Virus record (IMG/VR): IMGVR_UViG_3300045974_000132
Location: 124,001 to 188,000 of that record
Reading direction: 5' to 3' (one strand)
DNA length: 64,000 nt
How positions within the stretch are numbered: position 1 is the first letter of the stretch; each line of letters opens with the position of its first letter. The translations under genes and the position numbers were made by a program. This document shows, piece after piece, positions 47,017 through 55,559 of this stretch. Under the pieces are notes generated by a model. It was not told the DNA's origin and did not search any database. It worked only from the letters and a program-made list of their open reading frames with translations.

Positions 47017-48111
47017 TTACTCGTCGTCATCACCCCAATCTTCGTCATCTTCTTCATCATCTTCTTCATCATCTTCTTCGTCGTCGGAGTCTTCATCATC
47101 CTCGTCATCTTCTTCGTCGTCGTCGGAGTCTTCATCATCCTCGTCATCACCTTCTTCGTCATCTTCTTCATCATCTTCTTCGTCGTCGTCGGAGTCTTCA
47201 TCATCCTCGTCATCACCTTCTTCGTCGTCGGCATCTTCATCATCGCCGTCTTCGTCGTCATCACCTTCTTCTTCGTCGTCCTCGTCTTCTTCCTCAGCAG
47301 CCTTACGACCTCGCTTGGCTTTCGGAGCAGCGACTTCAGCAGCAGACGCATCTTCTTGGGAGAAGACTTGAACTTCGACGCCTGCATCATTGTTGGTGTT
47401 GATGATAACGGTTTCGCCATCAGTCGTCGTAACCTGAATCAGGCCGCCTTCCAGTTGCGAAACTTCGCCTTGATACTCGGCCAGCGTGACCGTCTTGTAA
47501 ACGTACAGCGTTGCGTCTTCACCTTCGTTGCCCTTGATAGAGACAACATCCTTCAGCGGGAAGGTAGAGACTTGGACACGCTTGCTGCGTTCCTTAGCAT
47601 GACGGAACACGACATTCTCGGTAGAGAACGAAACGAGTTGACCTTCAAGCTGAACAACCAGGCGGCTGACAAGAGCGATTTGCTGACCTTCGTCAACGCC
47701 CTTGGAAGCCTTGGAACCGCGACGCGGAGCCTTGGTAGCTTTTTCGGTTGCAGCAGCGCCTCGACGCGAAGACTTCGCCGGAGCAGCTTTTGCAGTACGT
47801 GTAGTCTTGGCAGGAGCTGCCTTTGCAGCAGCGGCACCACGACGGCCACGAGCCGGCTTTTCTTCAACTTCTTTTGCAGCACGACGACCACGTGCCGGCT
47901 TTTCAGCGGCAGCAGCCTTGCTTGAGCGAGTAGAGCGTGCCGGCTTTTCAGCAGCGGCAGCAGCGCCACGACGACCACGAGCCGGTTTTTCTTCAACTTC
48001 CTTTGGTGCGCGACGACCGCGAGTAGAGGTCTTTTCAGCGGCAGCAGCGCCACGACGGGTTGAGGTCTTTGCCGGGGCAGCCTTGGAACTACGGGTTGAT
48101 GCACGAGCCAT
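47017..48111 (-). CDS. basic-repeat / acidic-tail nucleoid-like protein
   Basis: N-terminal EKPARGRR repeats, central beta domain, C-terminal Asp/Glu tract of over 80 aa. Confidence 0.8.
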   Translation of the reverse strand: MARASTRSSKAAPAKTSTRRGAAAAEKTSTRGRRAPKEVEEKPARGRRGAAAAAEKPARSTRSSKAAAAEKPARGRRAAKEVEEKPARGRRGAAAAKAAPAKTTRTAKAAPAKSSRRGAAATEKATKAPRRGSKASKGVDEGQQIALVSRLVVQLEGQLVSFSTENVVFRHAKERSKRVQVSTFPLKDVVSIKGNEGEDATLYVYKTVTLAEYQGEVSQLEGGLIQVTTTDGETVIINTNNDAGVEVQVFSQEDASAAEVAAPKAKRGRKAAEEEDEDDEEEGDDDEDGDDEDADDEEGDDEDDEDSDDDEEDDEEDDEEGDDEDDEDSDDDEEDDEDDEDSDDEEDDEEDDEEDDEDWGDDDE

Positions 48112-48219
48112 TTGTTACTCCTTGTTGATAAAGGTTTGTTGTATTACGTTTGTTACAACTGTTATTTACAGTTTTCGGGAAAACCCAAATTGTACTTCGG
48201 GTAGAACTACATCGGACAA

Positions 48220-49290
48220 TTATTCGTTGTCGTCTTCTTCACCGGCAGCTTCTTCTTCCTCGTCCCCTTCGTCTTCATCTGCAAAGACATGAGAGAACAG
48301 AAGAATATCAGTACCGTTGACGAACAAGCTGTCAGCGTCCTTCGGACTGATCCACGGTTCCTTGCCAAGAGACACAGAATTACGTGACACCAGAGCAAAG
48401 CCTTCTTCCGGAGAAAGAAGGATGTCAAGCAATTCACGATTTTCAGGTTCTTGCAAAGAGTCGCTAGAGATAGCAACACCGACGTATGGGTTTAGAACTT
48501 CTTCGCCCATCTTTTCCAGGATACCGCGAACGAACGAGATAGCACGGATGATGAACTTGTGCGGTTCAGGCGAATCGTACAGCGCCGCTGCATTGATGAC
48601 CAAGTTGAGATTGATAACCGAATTGACAACGCTGGTCTCTTCGTCGAGAGCAACAACTGTCCAGGTCTTCAACGTGAACAGGTCTCCGAACTTGAGGTCG
48701 AAGTCAGTGCCGTCCACGACCAGTTCAAGAAGTGTTTCATCTTGAGAAAGCGGGAACTTGCGAAGAATATCACGTACCAGGCCTTCAGCGACTTGCTGCA
48801 CGATAGGTTGCAGATCGACGGGCTTGCCGATATACGAGACTTCACGATTTTGTGCAGCACGAACGATATTGACGATCTTGCCGAAGACACGACGCAGAAC
48901 GCCTTCGCTCAGATTCTTGGCGCCGTTTGCCTTCAAGAACGGATTGTGAAAGTTGAAAGTTTCTTCGGTGCCCGGTGTTACTTCCAGCGTAACAGACTTC
49001 AGTTCTTTCAAACCCTTCATGTACGGAGTACCGTAGCTGAGGGTAACGAACGGAAGAACCGTGATCGTATTGATCGAAGGAGCATTGAGAAACTTCAGCT
49101 CCTGCGCGATTTCTGCGTCGAGCGGATCGACAACAACAACGGGTACGGGAGTAGCAGCACTGATACCGCCGATAGTAGCAATCGGCTTTTCAGGAGCAGC
49201 ATCAGCAGCTTGAGCAGCCAGCTGTGCGTCAACCTTCACGAGACCCGCGTCAAAATTCACGGCACCTTGATGATGTTCAGTTTGAGACAT
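48220..49290 (-). CDS. hypothetical protein with acidic tail
   Basis: 356 aa; strong SD, biased codon usage. Confidence 0.75.
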   Translation of the reverse strand: MSQTEHHQGAVNFDAGLVKVDAQLAAQAADAAPEKPIATIGGISAATPVPVVVVDPLDAEIAQELKFLNAPSINTITVLPFVTLSYGTPYMKGLKELKSVTLEVTPGTEETFNFHNPFLKANGAKNLSEGVLRRVFGKIVNIVRAAQNREVSYIGKPVDLQPIVQQVAEGLVRDILRKFPLSQDETLLELVVDGTDFDLKFGDLFTLKTWTVVALDEETSVVNSVINLNLVINAAALYDSPEPHKFIIRAISFVRGILEKMGEEVLNPYVGVAISSDSLQEPENRELLDILLSPEEGFALVSRNSVSLGKEPWISPKDADSLFVNGTDILLFSHVFADEDEGDEEEEAAGEEDDNE

Positions 49291-49360
49291 TTAAAACTCC
49301 TTGTCGGTAAGGATAAACAAAATGTTACTAGACGATATTTACAGATTTTACTACCTGCCG

Positions 49361-49999
49361 TTATTCAATAAGAAAACGGTAATAATGCCCACTATAGTTT
49401 TCGCCGGTAGTGTAGTATTGACCCATATCAGCGATAGACTTCACAGAGGTTACAGCTAAAACTTTTATTACAAAACCTACTTCGTCGACTTCAATAGCAG
49501 ATACGGTTTTTCCTTTCTGCAAAGCTTCACCTATTCGACGAACCCAAAAGCCACGACCCCGTGTAGATTGCGTGTTGTCGCTAATAATCTTAGAATACTT
49601 CGGATAGAGTCGATTGGTAAACAACCATTCAGGCAGGTTGGTAGTAAGATCGTAAGCTCCGTTTCGCCACACACTAACTTGGCCACACGCTTTGCTATGA
49701 AGCTTCCCTGTAAGATCGTAGTGTCGAACTCGTGCACCGTATTGAATCATGTCGGGGTCGTCACCTATATTAGCATGAACAAAATAGAAATCGGCTCCAC
49801 CATCCTCCACCAGCAACACAGGTACCTTGCCACCTGTTGCAGTATAGGTTGCAACTACTTCGGCACGTTTAAGCAAAGACTTCAACTTTGCTGCGTTCTT
49901 TGCCTTGGACCTAGACCATTCTGGCTTGTACGTTCCTTCAAGCAAGTACGGCATAGAAAGAGATATGTGAGGAGTAGCAACAGTGAGAGATAGTTCCAT
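49361..49999 (-). CDS. hypothetical protein, possible GNAT-like fold
   Basis: ISDNTQSTRGRGFW motif. Confidence 0.55.
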   Translation of the reverse strand: MELSLTVATPHISLSMPYLLEGTYKPEWSRSKAKNAAKLKSLLKRAEVVATYTATGGKVPVLLVEDGGADFYFVHANIGDDPDMIQYGARVRHYDLTGKLHSKACGQVSVWRNGAYDLTTNLPEWLFTNRLYPKYSKIISDNTQSTRGRGFWVRRIGEALQKGKTVSAIEVDEVGFVIKVLAVTSVKSIADMGQYYTTGENYSGHYYRFLIE

Positions 50000-50018
50000 A
50001 TTGCATCCTTTAAATAAG

Positions 50019-50030
50019 TGGTGCCCGTAG
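50019..50030 (-). pseudogene. 3' remnant of disrupted resident tRNA (Leu-like)
   Basis: CTACGGGCACCA; CGGGC pairs with GCCCG at 50625-50629. Confidence 0.6.
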
Positions 50031-50038
50031 CACTTTAT

Positions 50039-50123
50039 TGGTGGGCGGAAAGGGACTCGAACCCTTACACCTTGCGGCTGCGGGTTTTAAGCCCGCTGCG
50101 TCTACCGATTTCGCCACCCGCCC
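50039..50123 (-). tRNA. tRNA-Leu(UAA)
   Basis: GGGCGGG/TCCGCCC, GCGGG-CTTAAAA-CCCGC, variable arm, ACCA. Confidence 0.95.
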
Positions 50124-50595
50124 TTAACATCTATAGCCAGTTAGAGCATTACCGTACTGGTTTGCTTTGAAGTACCTAGAGCGGCATGAGTGGGAGCAGA
50201 ATGCAACCTTAACACGCTTCTTAGAATAAACTTCTCGAACAAACCCAGAACACTTTGCACAATAAAGCTTTACTGGTTTTCCGTAAAGCTGGACTTGCTG
50301 CTTTTTACGATTCTTAGTTCCAGATAGCAACTGAAGATTACGAAACTTATCATTTCTAAAGTTGCCGTCTTTGTGATCTACTTCTTCAGCGGAAGTTAAA
50401 AACCGACCAAGCTTTATTTCCAACTCTAGCATATTGCCTAGCTGTCCGTTTCACGCTATCGTACAGGATAACGATCTTTCGTCCATCTTTTCTTTTATAC
50501 GGGCCGTACACCTTAAACGCATTTCCGTACAAAGCAACAAAGTCAGTGTAAAAAGTTGAGTACGGCTTACACTTTGTTTTAGACTTTGCTGGCAT
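50124..50595 (-). pseudogene. frameshifted HNH homing endonuclease
   Basis: N part GPYKRKDGRK...QYAR (50595) and C part LEIKLGRFL...VDHKDGNFRND...NLQLL are in different frames, shifting near 50425. Confidence 0.8.
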
Positions 50596-50608
50596 TTTGG
50601 TCCTTTGT

Positions 50609-50629
50609 TACCAATTTCCCCACCCGGGC
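50609..50629 (-). pseudogene. 5' remnant of disrupted resident tRNA-Leu
   Basis: GCCCGGGTGGGGAAATTGGTA, a Leu-type acceptor and D-arm start. Confidence 0.75.
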
Positions 50630-50733
50630 AGTCAAGGAAGCTCTAACTCTTTTCATCTAAATCAGATGTAACGAATTAGTATTTACAAGTTGAAAGAAAC
50701 TACCTTGTATTTCATTCCCTTTGTTTACAGTTT

Positions 50734-51789
50734 TTAAACGCGGGGACGACGAACCGTTTGAGCAGCAGCCCGTACCTTAGTAGCGTCCATGCGGTCTTCA
50801 ACTTGAACGCGACGGACGGTAGTTTTGGCAGGACCTACAACCTTACGAATCTTGGCAATAGCCCCTTCTACTTTATGTCCCTTATTTACAGTTTTTCCGG
50901 GAACACCGGGGCGGTTGGATTTGGCCTTTGCGGTCGGCTTTTCGTCATCCTCGAAGTCCATTTCTGCCGGGACGGCCTTGATACGCGGTTTGACGACAGT
51001 GGAGGCCCCGGTACGACCGCGGCGGGTCGGCTTCGATTCAACCAGCTTACGACTGCCGCGACGGGTTGGCTTTTCGTCGGCTTCGTCTGCATCTTCGACA
51101 ACGGGTTGGGCACCGCGGCGGCCACGGGTAGAGGGCTTTGCATCAGCTTCAGTAGCACGACGGCCACGGGCAGGCTTTTCTTCGTCGTCTTCACGGCGGC
51201 CGCGTTTGGCTTTTTCCGCAGCTTCAAGACGCCGCTGGGCACGTGCGCTCAAAGGCTTGTCTGCGCTACGACGGGTTGGGGCAGCTGTAGAAGCAGCGGA
51301 AGCACGGCGCGAAGTGCGCGTAGGCTTTTCTTCAATGTCAGCCCCGAATTCTTTCACGAACTTTGCCGGAGCATCTTCACGTTCAGACAAGTCCTTCAGA
51401 GTACGGGCAGACAAGCTTTCGCTGTACGCAACGATCATCGTCCAAAGACGATTGGAGATTTCAGTGTAGTTGATTGCCCGTTTGACCAACAGATGAATGT
51501 CATCTTCATCCTTGAGCTTGATGATTGCATCTTGGGCAGCGACAACGGGATCGACAAGAACAGAGGCCGACTTTTCATCGAGCTTGGCGTACGCTGCAAT
51601 AAGGCCAGCATGACGGGCTTGGTTGCCGTTTGCTTTCATCCAGGTACGAACCTGACGTTCAAGCTTGCTGGGAAACTCTTCGTTGTCCCAATGATCGACA
51701 GCAAGTTGCACGTTGGCCGAAGTGAGGGTTGCTTTTGCAGTAAGAGCATGAAGCTTGGTGAGGGTAGAATTTTGACGCGAGATTGCCAT
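50734..51789 (-). CDS. basic low-complexity protein (EKPTRRG repeats)
   Basis: Helical N-terminus plus a long Arg/Lys/Ala-rich disordered region. Confidence 0.75.
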   Translation of the reverse strand: MAISRQNSTLTKLHALTAKATLTSANVQLAVDHWDNEEFPSKLERQVRTWMKANGNQARHAGLIAAYAKLDEKSASVLVDPVVAAQDAIIKLKDEDDIHLLVKRAINYTEISNRLWTMIVAYSESLSARTLKDLSEREDAPAKFVKEFGADIEEKPTRTSRRASAASTAAPTRRSADKPLSARAQRRLEAAEKAKRGRREDDEEKPARGRRATEADAKPSTRGRRGAQPVVEDADEADEKPTRRGSRKLVESKPTRRGRTGASTVVKPRIKAVPAEMDFEDDEKPTAKAKSNRPGVPGKTVNKGHKVEGAIAKIRKVVGPAKTTVRRVQVEDRMDATKVRAAAQTVRRPRV

Positions 51790-51855
51790 GACGTTTCTCC
51801 GAGAGAAAGAATTTGGATACTGAAGATTGAAAGTTTCAAACTTTGAGAAGGCTTG

Positions 51856-52278
51856 TTAGCCGCCGACAGCGGGCACCGGAATGCGCTTCGGGTGTAACGA
51901 ATAGACCTGGTTTTCTGTATGAAACTCGATTTCAGCCCAGTCTGTCATATCGCGCTGAATACCGTAAGTCATCAAAGCTGACTCAAAGGAATCGAGCTTG
52001 TCTGAGGTGAAAGTAGTAGTGCTTTCTTCACCAACGACATGATCGCCAGCTTTGACAATGAAGTACGAGGCAGGACGTACATCGCTGCCGCGCAGTTCAT
52101 TGAATCGACGGAGAGCTTCTGCTTTGGGAGCAAATGCCATTGTCAGAAGTTTTTGTACGGGCTTGGGTACGTTACGGCCTGCTTCATAGCGAGAGCCGCC
52201 GCTTTGAGTAACACCAAGACGCGACCAGAAAGCCACTTGATTGAGGCCGAGTTTTTTGCGGAGTTCAGTTGCGTTCAT
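51856..52278 (-). CDS. XRE-family HTH transcriptional regulator
   Basis: LRKKLGLNQVAFWSRLGVTQSGGSRYEAGR. Confidence 0.85.
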   Translation of the reverse strand: MNATELRKKLGLNQVAFWSRLGVTQSGGSRYEAGRNVPKPVQKLLTMAFAPKAEALRRFNELRGSDVRPASYFIVKAGDHVVGEESTTTFTSDKLDSFESALMTYGIQRDMTDWAEIEFHTENQVYSLHPKRIPVPAVGG

Positions 52279-52293
52279 TTTGAAAGTGTCCTT

Positions 52294-52782
52294 TTACAGA
52301 GAGGTTTGCTTGACCCAAACAGCATCATTGAAGGTTGCGACACGGCGTTTCTTGACATTCTTGCTGAAGACGTAGAACTTATCGACCAGTTCATAGTCCC
52401 CAAGGAAGGCAAAGATAACATCACCTTCAGCCTTCTTGCGGTACTTCTTGGCTTCCACGTAGCTTTCAAAGATGCGGTATTCTGCAATCTTCAATTCACG
52501 ATTCAGCGGGCGATCAGCTTTGTCAGCCGGCAGCAGAACGTAGAGCTTGGGCGTGTTCATGTCGTCACGCACTTTGCCGAAGACTTCAAGCTGCTTTAGC
52601 ATTGCCGCAGCAACAGCTTCAACCTGATCGACGGGCACCATAATGCCCTTCGGCGTCGGCTTGAACTCTTCGCCGGCCAGATAGAAGTTGCGAACGTCGA
52701 TGTAGTCCACGTTTTTGAAACGAGTACCCACGACTTGAATGCAAGCTTTGCCACCGGGCTTTTTCAGAACGAGTGGTTTCAT
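52294..52782 (-). CDS. PC4/YdbC-like ssDNA-binding protein
   Basis: YIDVRNFY...FKPTPKGIMV. Confidence 0.8.
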   Translation of the reverse strand: MKPLVLKKPGGKACIQVVGTRFKNVDYIDVRNFYLAGEEFKPTPKGIMVPVDQVEAVAAAMLKQLEVFGKVRDDMNTPKLYVLLPADKADRPLNRELKIAEYRIFESYVEAKKYRKKAEGDVIFAFLGDYELVDKFYVFSKNVKKRRVATFNDAVWVKQTSL

Positions 52783-53975
52783 GTTGTGAATCTCCTTAAG
52801 GCCGTATGCCTGCGTTGCTGTGGAATTTCTCCACTGCGTCAAGAACGATCTTTTCAAGAACGTCCTTGTGTAAAACAGGTTGCAGGATACAGTCGATTAT
52901 CTGAGCGTAAAGATGCTCAAGTGTATGCTTGATTGTCGGATACGAATACATGAAGGTGCTCTCTGTCACCAAAGGTTTGTACTCGGGCTTACCGATAACG
53001 TTGGTCATCCAATTACCCAAGCAAGAGTGGTACTCGCCGAAGTAATTCCTGTGCAGAGTTTTTAACAACCAGTCCTTCTTGATGCGCTTGTTTCCCTTGA
53101 TAAGGGAGAATTGATAAACACGCGCAAGAGGAGCAAGAACACCGTTGTTTAGCCAGTGATGACTATCAACACAGGGAGGCAGTCCGAGCAGTAGGCATAT
53201 ATGCTCCTGAATAACAGGAGTGAGGGCTTCGATTTTGTTTTCAGCATCTTTCTTGGGAAGAGACATGCCCAAAGAAATCAGAACATGCTTTACCATTATT
53301 TAAACCTTTCACACAGGGCCGCAATATCAAAGAACGGTTTGCGGCGAATTTCTTCAGAATCAGGTAGTGCTGCGCGGAAGTCCTTCCACATCAAGATAAG
53401 CTGACGCTCACGAAATTCGTGCTGGTCAATAGACGCAGTGGACATGTTGTGCTTACCGAGAATGGGCAGAAACAGGTTTTCGTAATACTTCTTCTCAAAA
53501 ACCTGATTCATAACTTCTGCCGACTTTGATTTTATATCAAGCGGCATGGTCGTCTACCCCAATGAAGCAAACATCGTACGGAGCAGCGTCACAGCACTGT
53601 TGGCCGCAGCAAACGCTTCAATACGAGAGGCAGGCAGAGCGATGGCAAACAGTTCAAGTGCTTGCCCTTCAACCTGCATGTTGAGAAACAGACGGCTTTC
53701 AACCTTCTGCGTTTCATCGACGATCAGAACATTGACGTCCTTGATTTCGCAGCCTTCTGTGACCATGTCGTAGTCAGCAACAACCCCGTCGGCCAATTTC
53801 TTGGACGAGAAGAAGGTTGCTTCTTCCAACTTCTCGACGAAGCCTATGCTGTTTGGGTATTGAACAACGAAACCCTGATTCGGGATGAAGATAGAGTGAA
53901 ACAGTTTCAGCTTGGGCATGATGTGCCTCCAACGTTTATTTAAGGTGTAGAGCTTAGAGCCTTTGAGCAAGACTC

Positions 53976-54494
53976 TTAATGAGCAAACTTGGCTTGAAGG
54001 GCAACAAGCTTGTTATCAGAAACAGTCCTGCTGTGTAAGCGGTTTAAGGATTCCGAAAGAAACTCACGAAAACCTTCGCTTGCTTGAACGGCGCGATTGA
54101 TGACACACGGAACACGATGCCCTCTAATCGTTTGATACTGAACCTTCAGAACACGCGTGGCTTTCAGAATAGCGGGATTCAAAAAGCCTTCCTCAAAGGC
54201 AAACAGCTTCGGCTCGACCTGTTCGATCTTGCGAAGAGCCATGTTCTTTATACGGACAGCAAGGAAGTTGACCGTGGACAACAGATCACTACCCTTGCTC
54301 GACAATTCGCCATAAATGCGATACCAGCCAAAGCCGCTAGGATAGACAGTCATACCTCGAACACGGAAAGCACCGGACTTCTTCCCACCGCGAAGATGGG
54401 TAGCGATTGCCTTGTTGATTTGCAGGACTGCATACGAAACGGTTTTGTGAACGTGCATAAAATAGCGCATTTTGTTTTCCTCACGAATTGTCAT
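53976..54494 (-). CDS. hypothetical early protein
   Basis: First gene after the consensus sigma70 promoter. Confidence 0.65.
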   Translation of the reverse strand: MTIREENKMRYFMHVHKTVSYAVLQINKAIATHLRGGKKSGAFRVRGMTVYPSGFGWYRIYGELSSKGSDLLSTVNFLAVRIKNMALRKIEQVEPKLFAFEEGFLNPAILKATRVLKVQYQTIRGHRVPCVINRAVQASEGFREFLSESLNRLHSRTVSDNKLVALQAKFAH

Positions 54495-54538
54495 TAATCA
54501 AGTTGTCGATCATAGAGGTGTGACTTCTACGTGTACGT

Positions 54539-54567
54539 ATTATAGCACAAAAATCAAAACTTGTCAA
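54539..54567 (-). promoter_or_regulatory. consensus sigma70 promoter
   Basis: TTGACA-N17-TATAAT with extended -10 TG. Confidence 0.9.
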
Positions 54568-54785
54568 GCCTGCTCTAGGTCTTCAGATTAGGCCGCTTTT
54601 CGTAAAAATGTTGAAACACGAGTTTTCGAGGATTGCAGAAACGCCCTGCTTTTGAAGACTTTTCTGATATGACAGGTATGTGCAAAAACTTGATCCCTTC
54701 TATATGCACAACACGTATAGAATCGTCATAAGGGGCGTGCCCTCTAACACGCCACCCTTCTTTCTTATCAAACGTTACGAGCAGG

Positions 54786-55559
54786 CTAGTAAAGGCCATT
54801 TTCGATTATCACTGGTTTCACAGTGAGCACCCAAATGTCAGGGTTTTCTTCATCCGCATCAGACACACCCCATTTGTAAGCATCAATGACAACAGCCCGG
54901 AATGACTTTGAAGAAATCAGTTTTTCGGTTTGAACGACAAGCGGAACACGAAACCCTTTCTTGAAACTTTCGACAATCGAGTTCAGTTCATCGACAAGCC
55001 CTTTCGGTACGGCACCGAGGTCGTCAACAGGCCATTCAAATTTGGCTTTCTCAGGGCTTTGCTGCCAAACGAACTTGCGATTCTCAGATTCCGGCGCTGC
55101 TTGAGCTACCGAGTAGCGAGTGACATTCAGTAGCCCGTGCATTGCAGTCAGCCACTCATTCAGGGAAGTAGCGGACTTGCACTTAGCTTGAAGCTCCTTC
55201 CATTCTGCACGAATACGTTTGCTGCCGACTTGAATCTTGCGTGTGTTGGTCGTATCATCGACGGGCACTTCAAGAGTAGTGACTTTCGGAGGAAGCGGTA
55301 CTACTTTGCAGTTATGGGTATGCGGAAGATCAGCCATGCCTTCATGCGTAAAGAAAGCATAGCTAGAAGGTAGTTGAATGTCGTCAGACCCAAGAAGTAC
55401 ATTGATGCCTTCAAGGGCAGTAGAAGCAGTAATGCCCCCGCGATCAATGAAAGGTAGGCTGTATTTCAAGCACAATTGCGTGACAGTATATTCTGCATCA
55501 GCAGACCAGCGATCACCTACAACGCGAATTTTCAGAGAGCTTTCAGTTGTTGTGTTCAT
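54786..55559 (-). CDS. hypothetical protein (paralog of 58795-59388)
   Basis: Shares GxxRxRxEWKxL...LxxxHxL...Y. Confidence 0.7.
   Translation of the reverse strand: MNTTTESSLKIRVVGDRWSADAEYTVTQLCLKYSLPFIDRGGITASTALEGINVLLGSDDIQLPSSYAFFTHEGMADLPHTHNCKVVPLPPKVTTLEVPVDDTTNTRKIQVGSKRIRAEWKELQAKCKSATSLNEWLTAMHGLLNVTRYSVAQAAPESENRKFVWQQSPEKAKFEWPVDDLGAVPKGLVDELNSIVESFKKGFRVPLVVQTEKLISSKSFRAVVIDAYKWGVSDADEENPDIWVLTVKPVIIENGLY

Noticed and set aside
47017-47300. CRISPR array or poly-Ser plus-strand ORF
   Set aside because: The repeats are codons of the Asp/Glu tail of the minus-strand gene; there are no unique spacers
48559-51846. Long plus-strand ORFs (48559-49371, 50758-51846, 50825-51469)
   Set aside because: Antisense shadows of codon-biased minus-strand genes; no SD or motifs
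51856-52278. C-terminal PAVGG of the XRE protein (and GG ends of 18578 and 20259 ORFs) as ubiquitin-like tails
   Set aside because: No evident beta-grasp context or adjacent partner; may be chance
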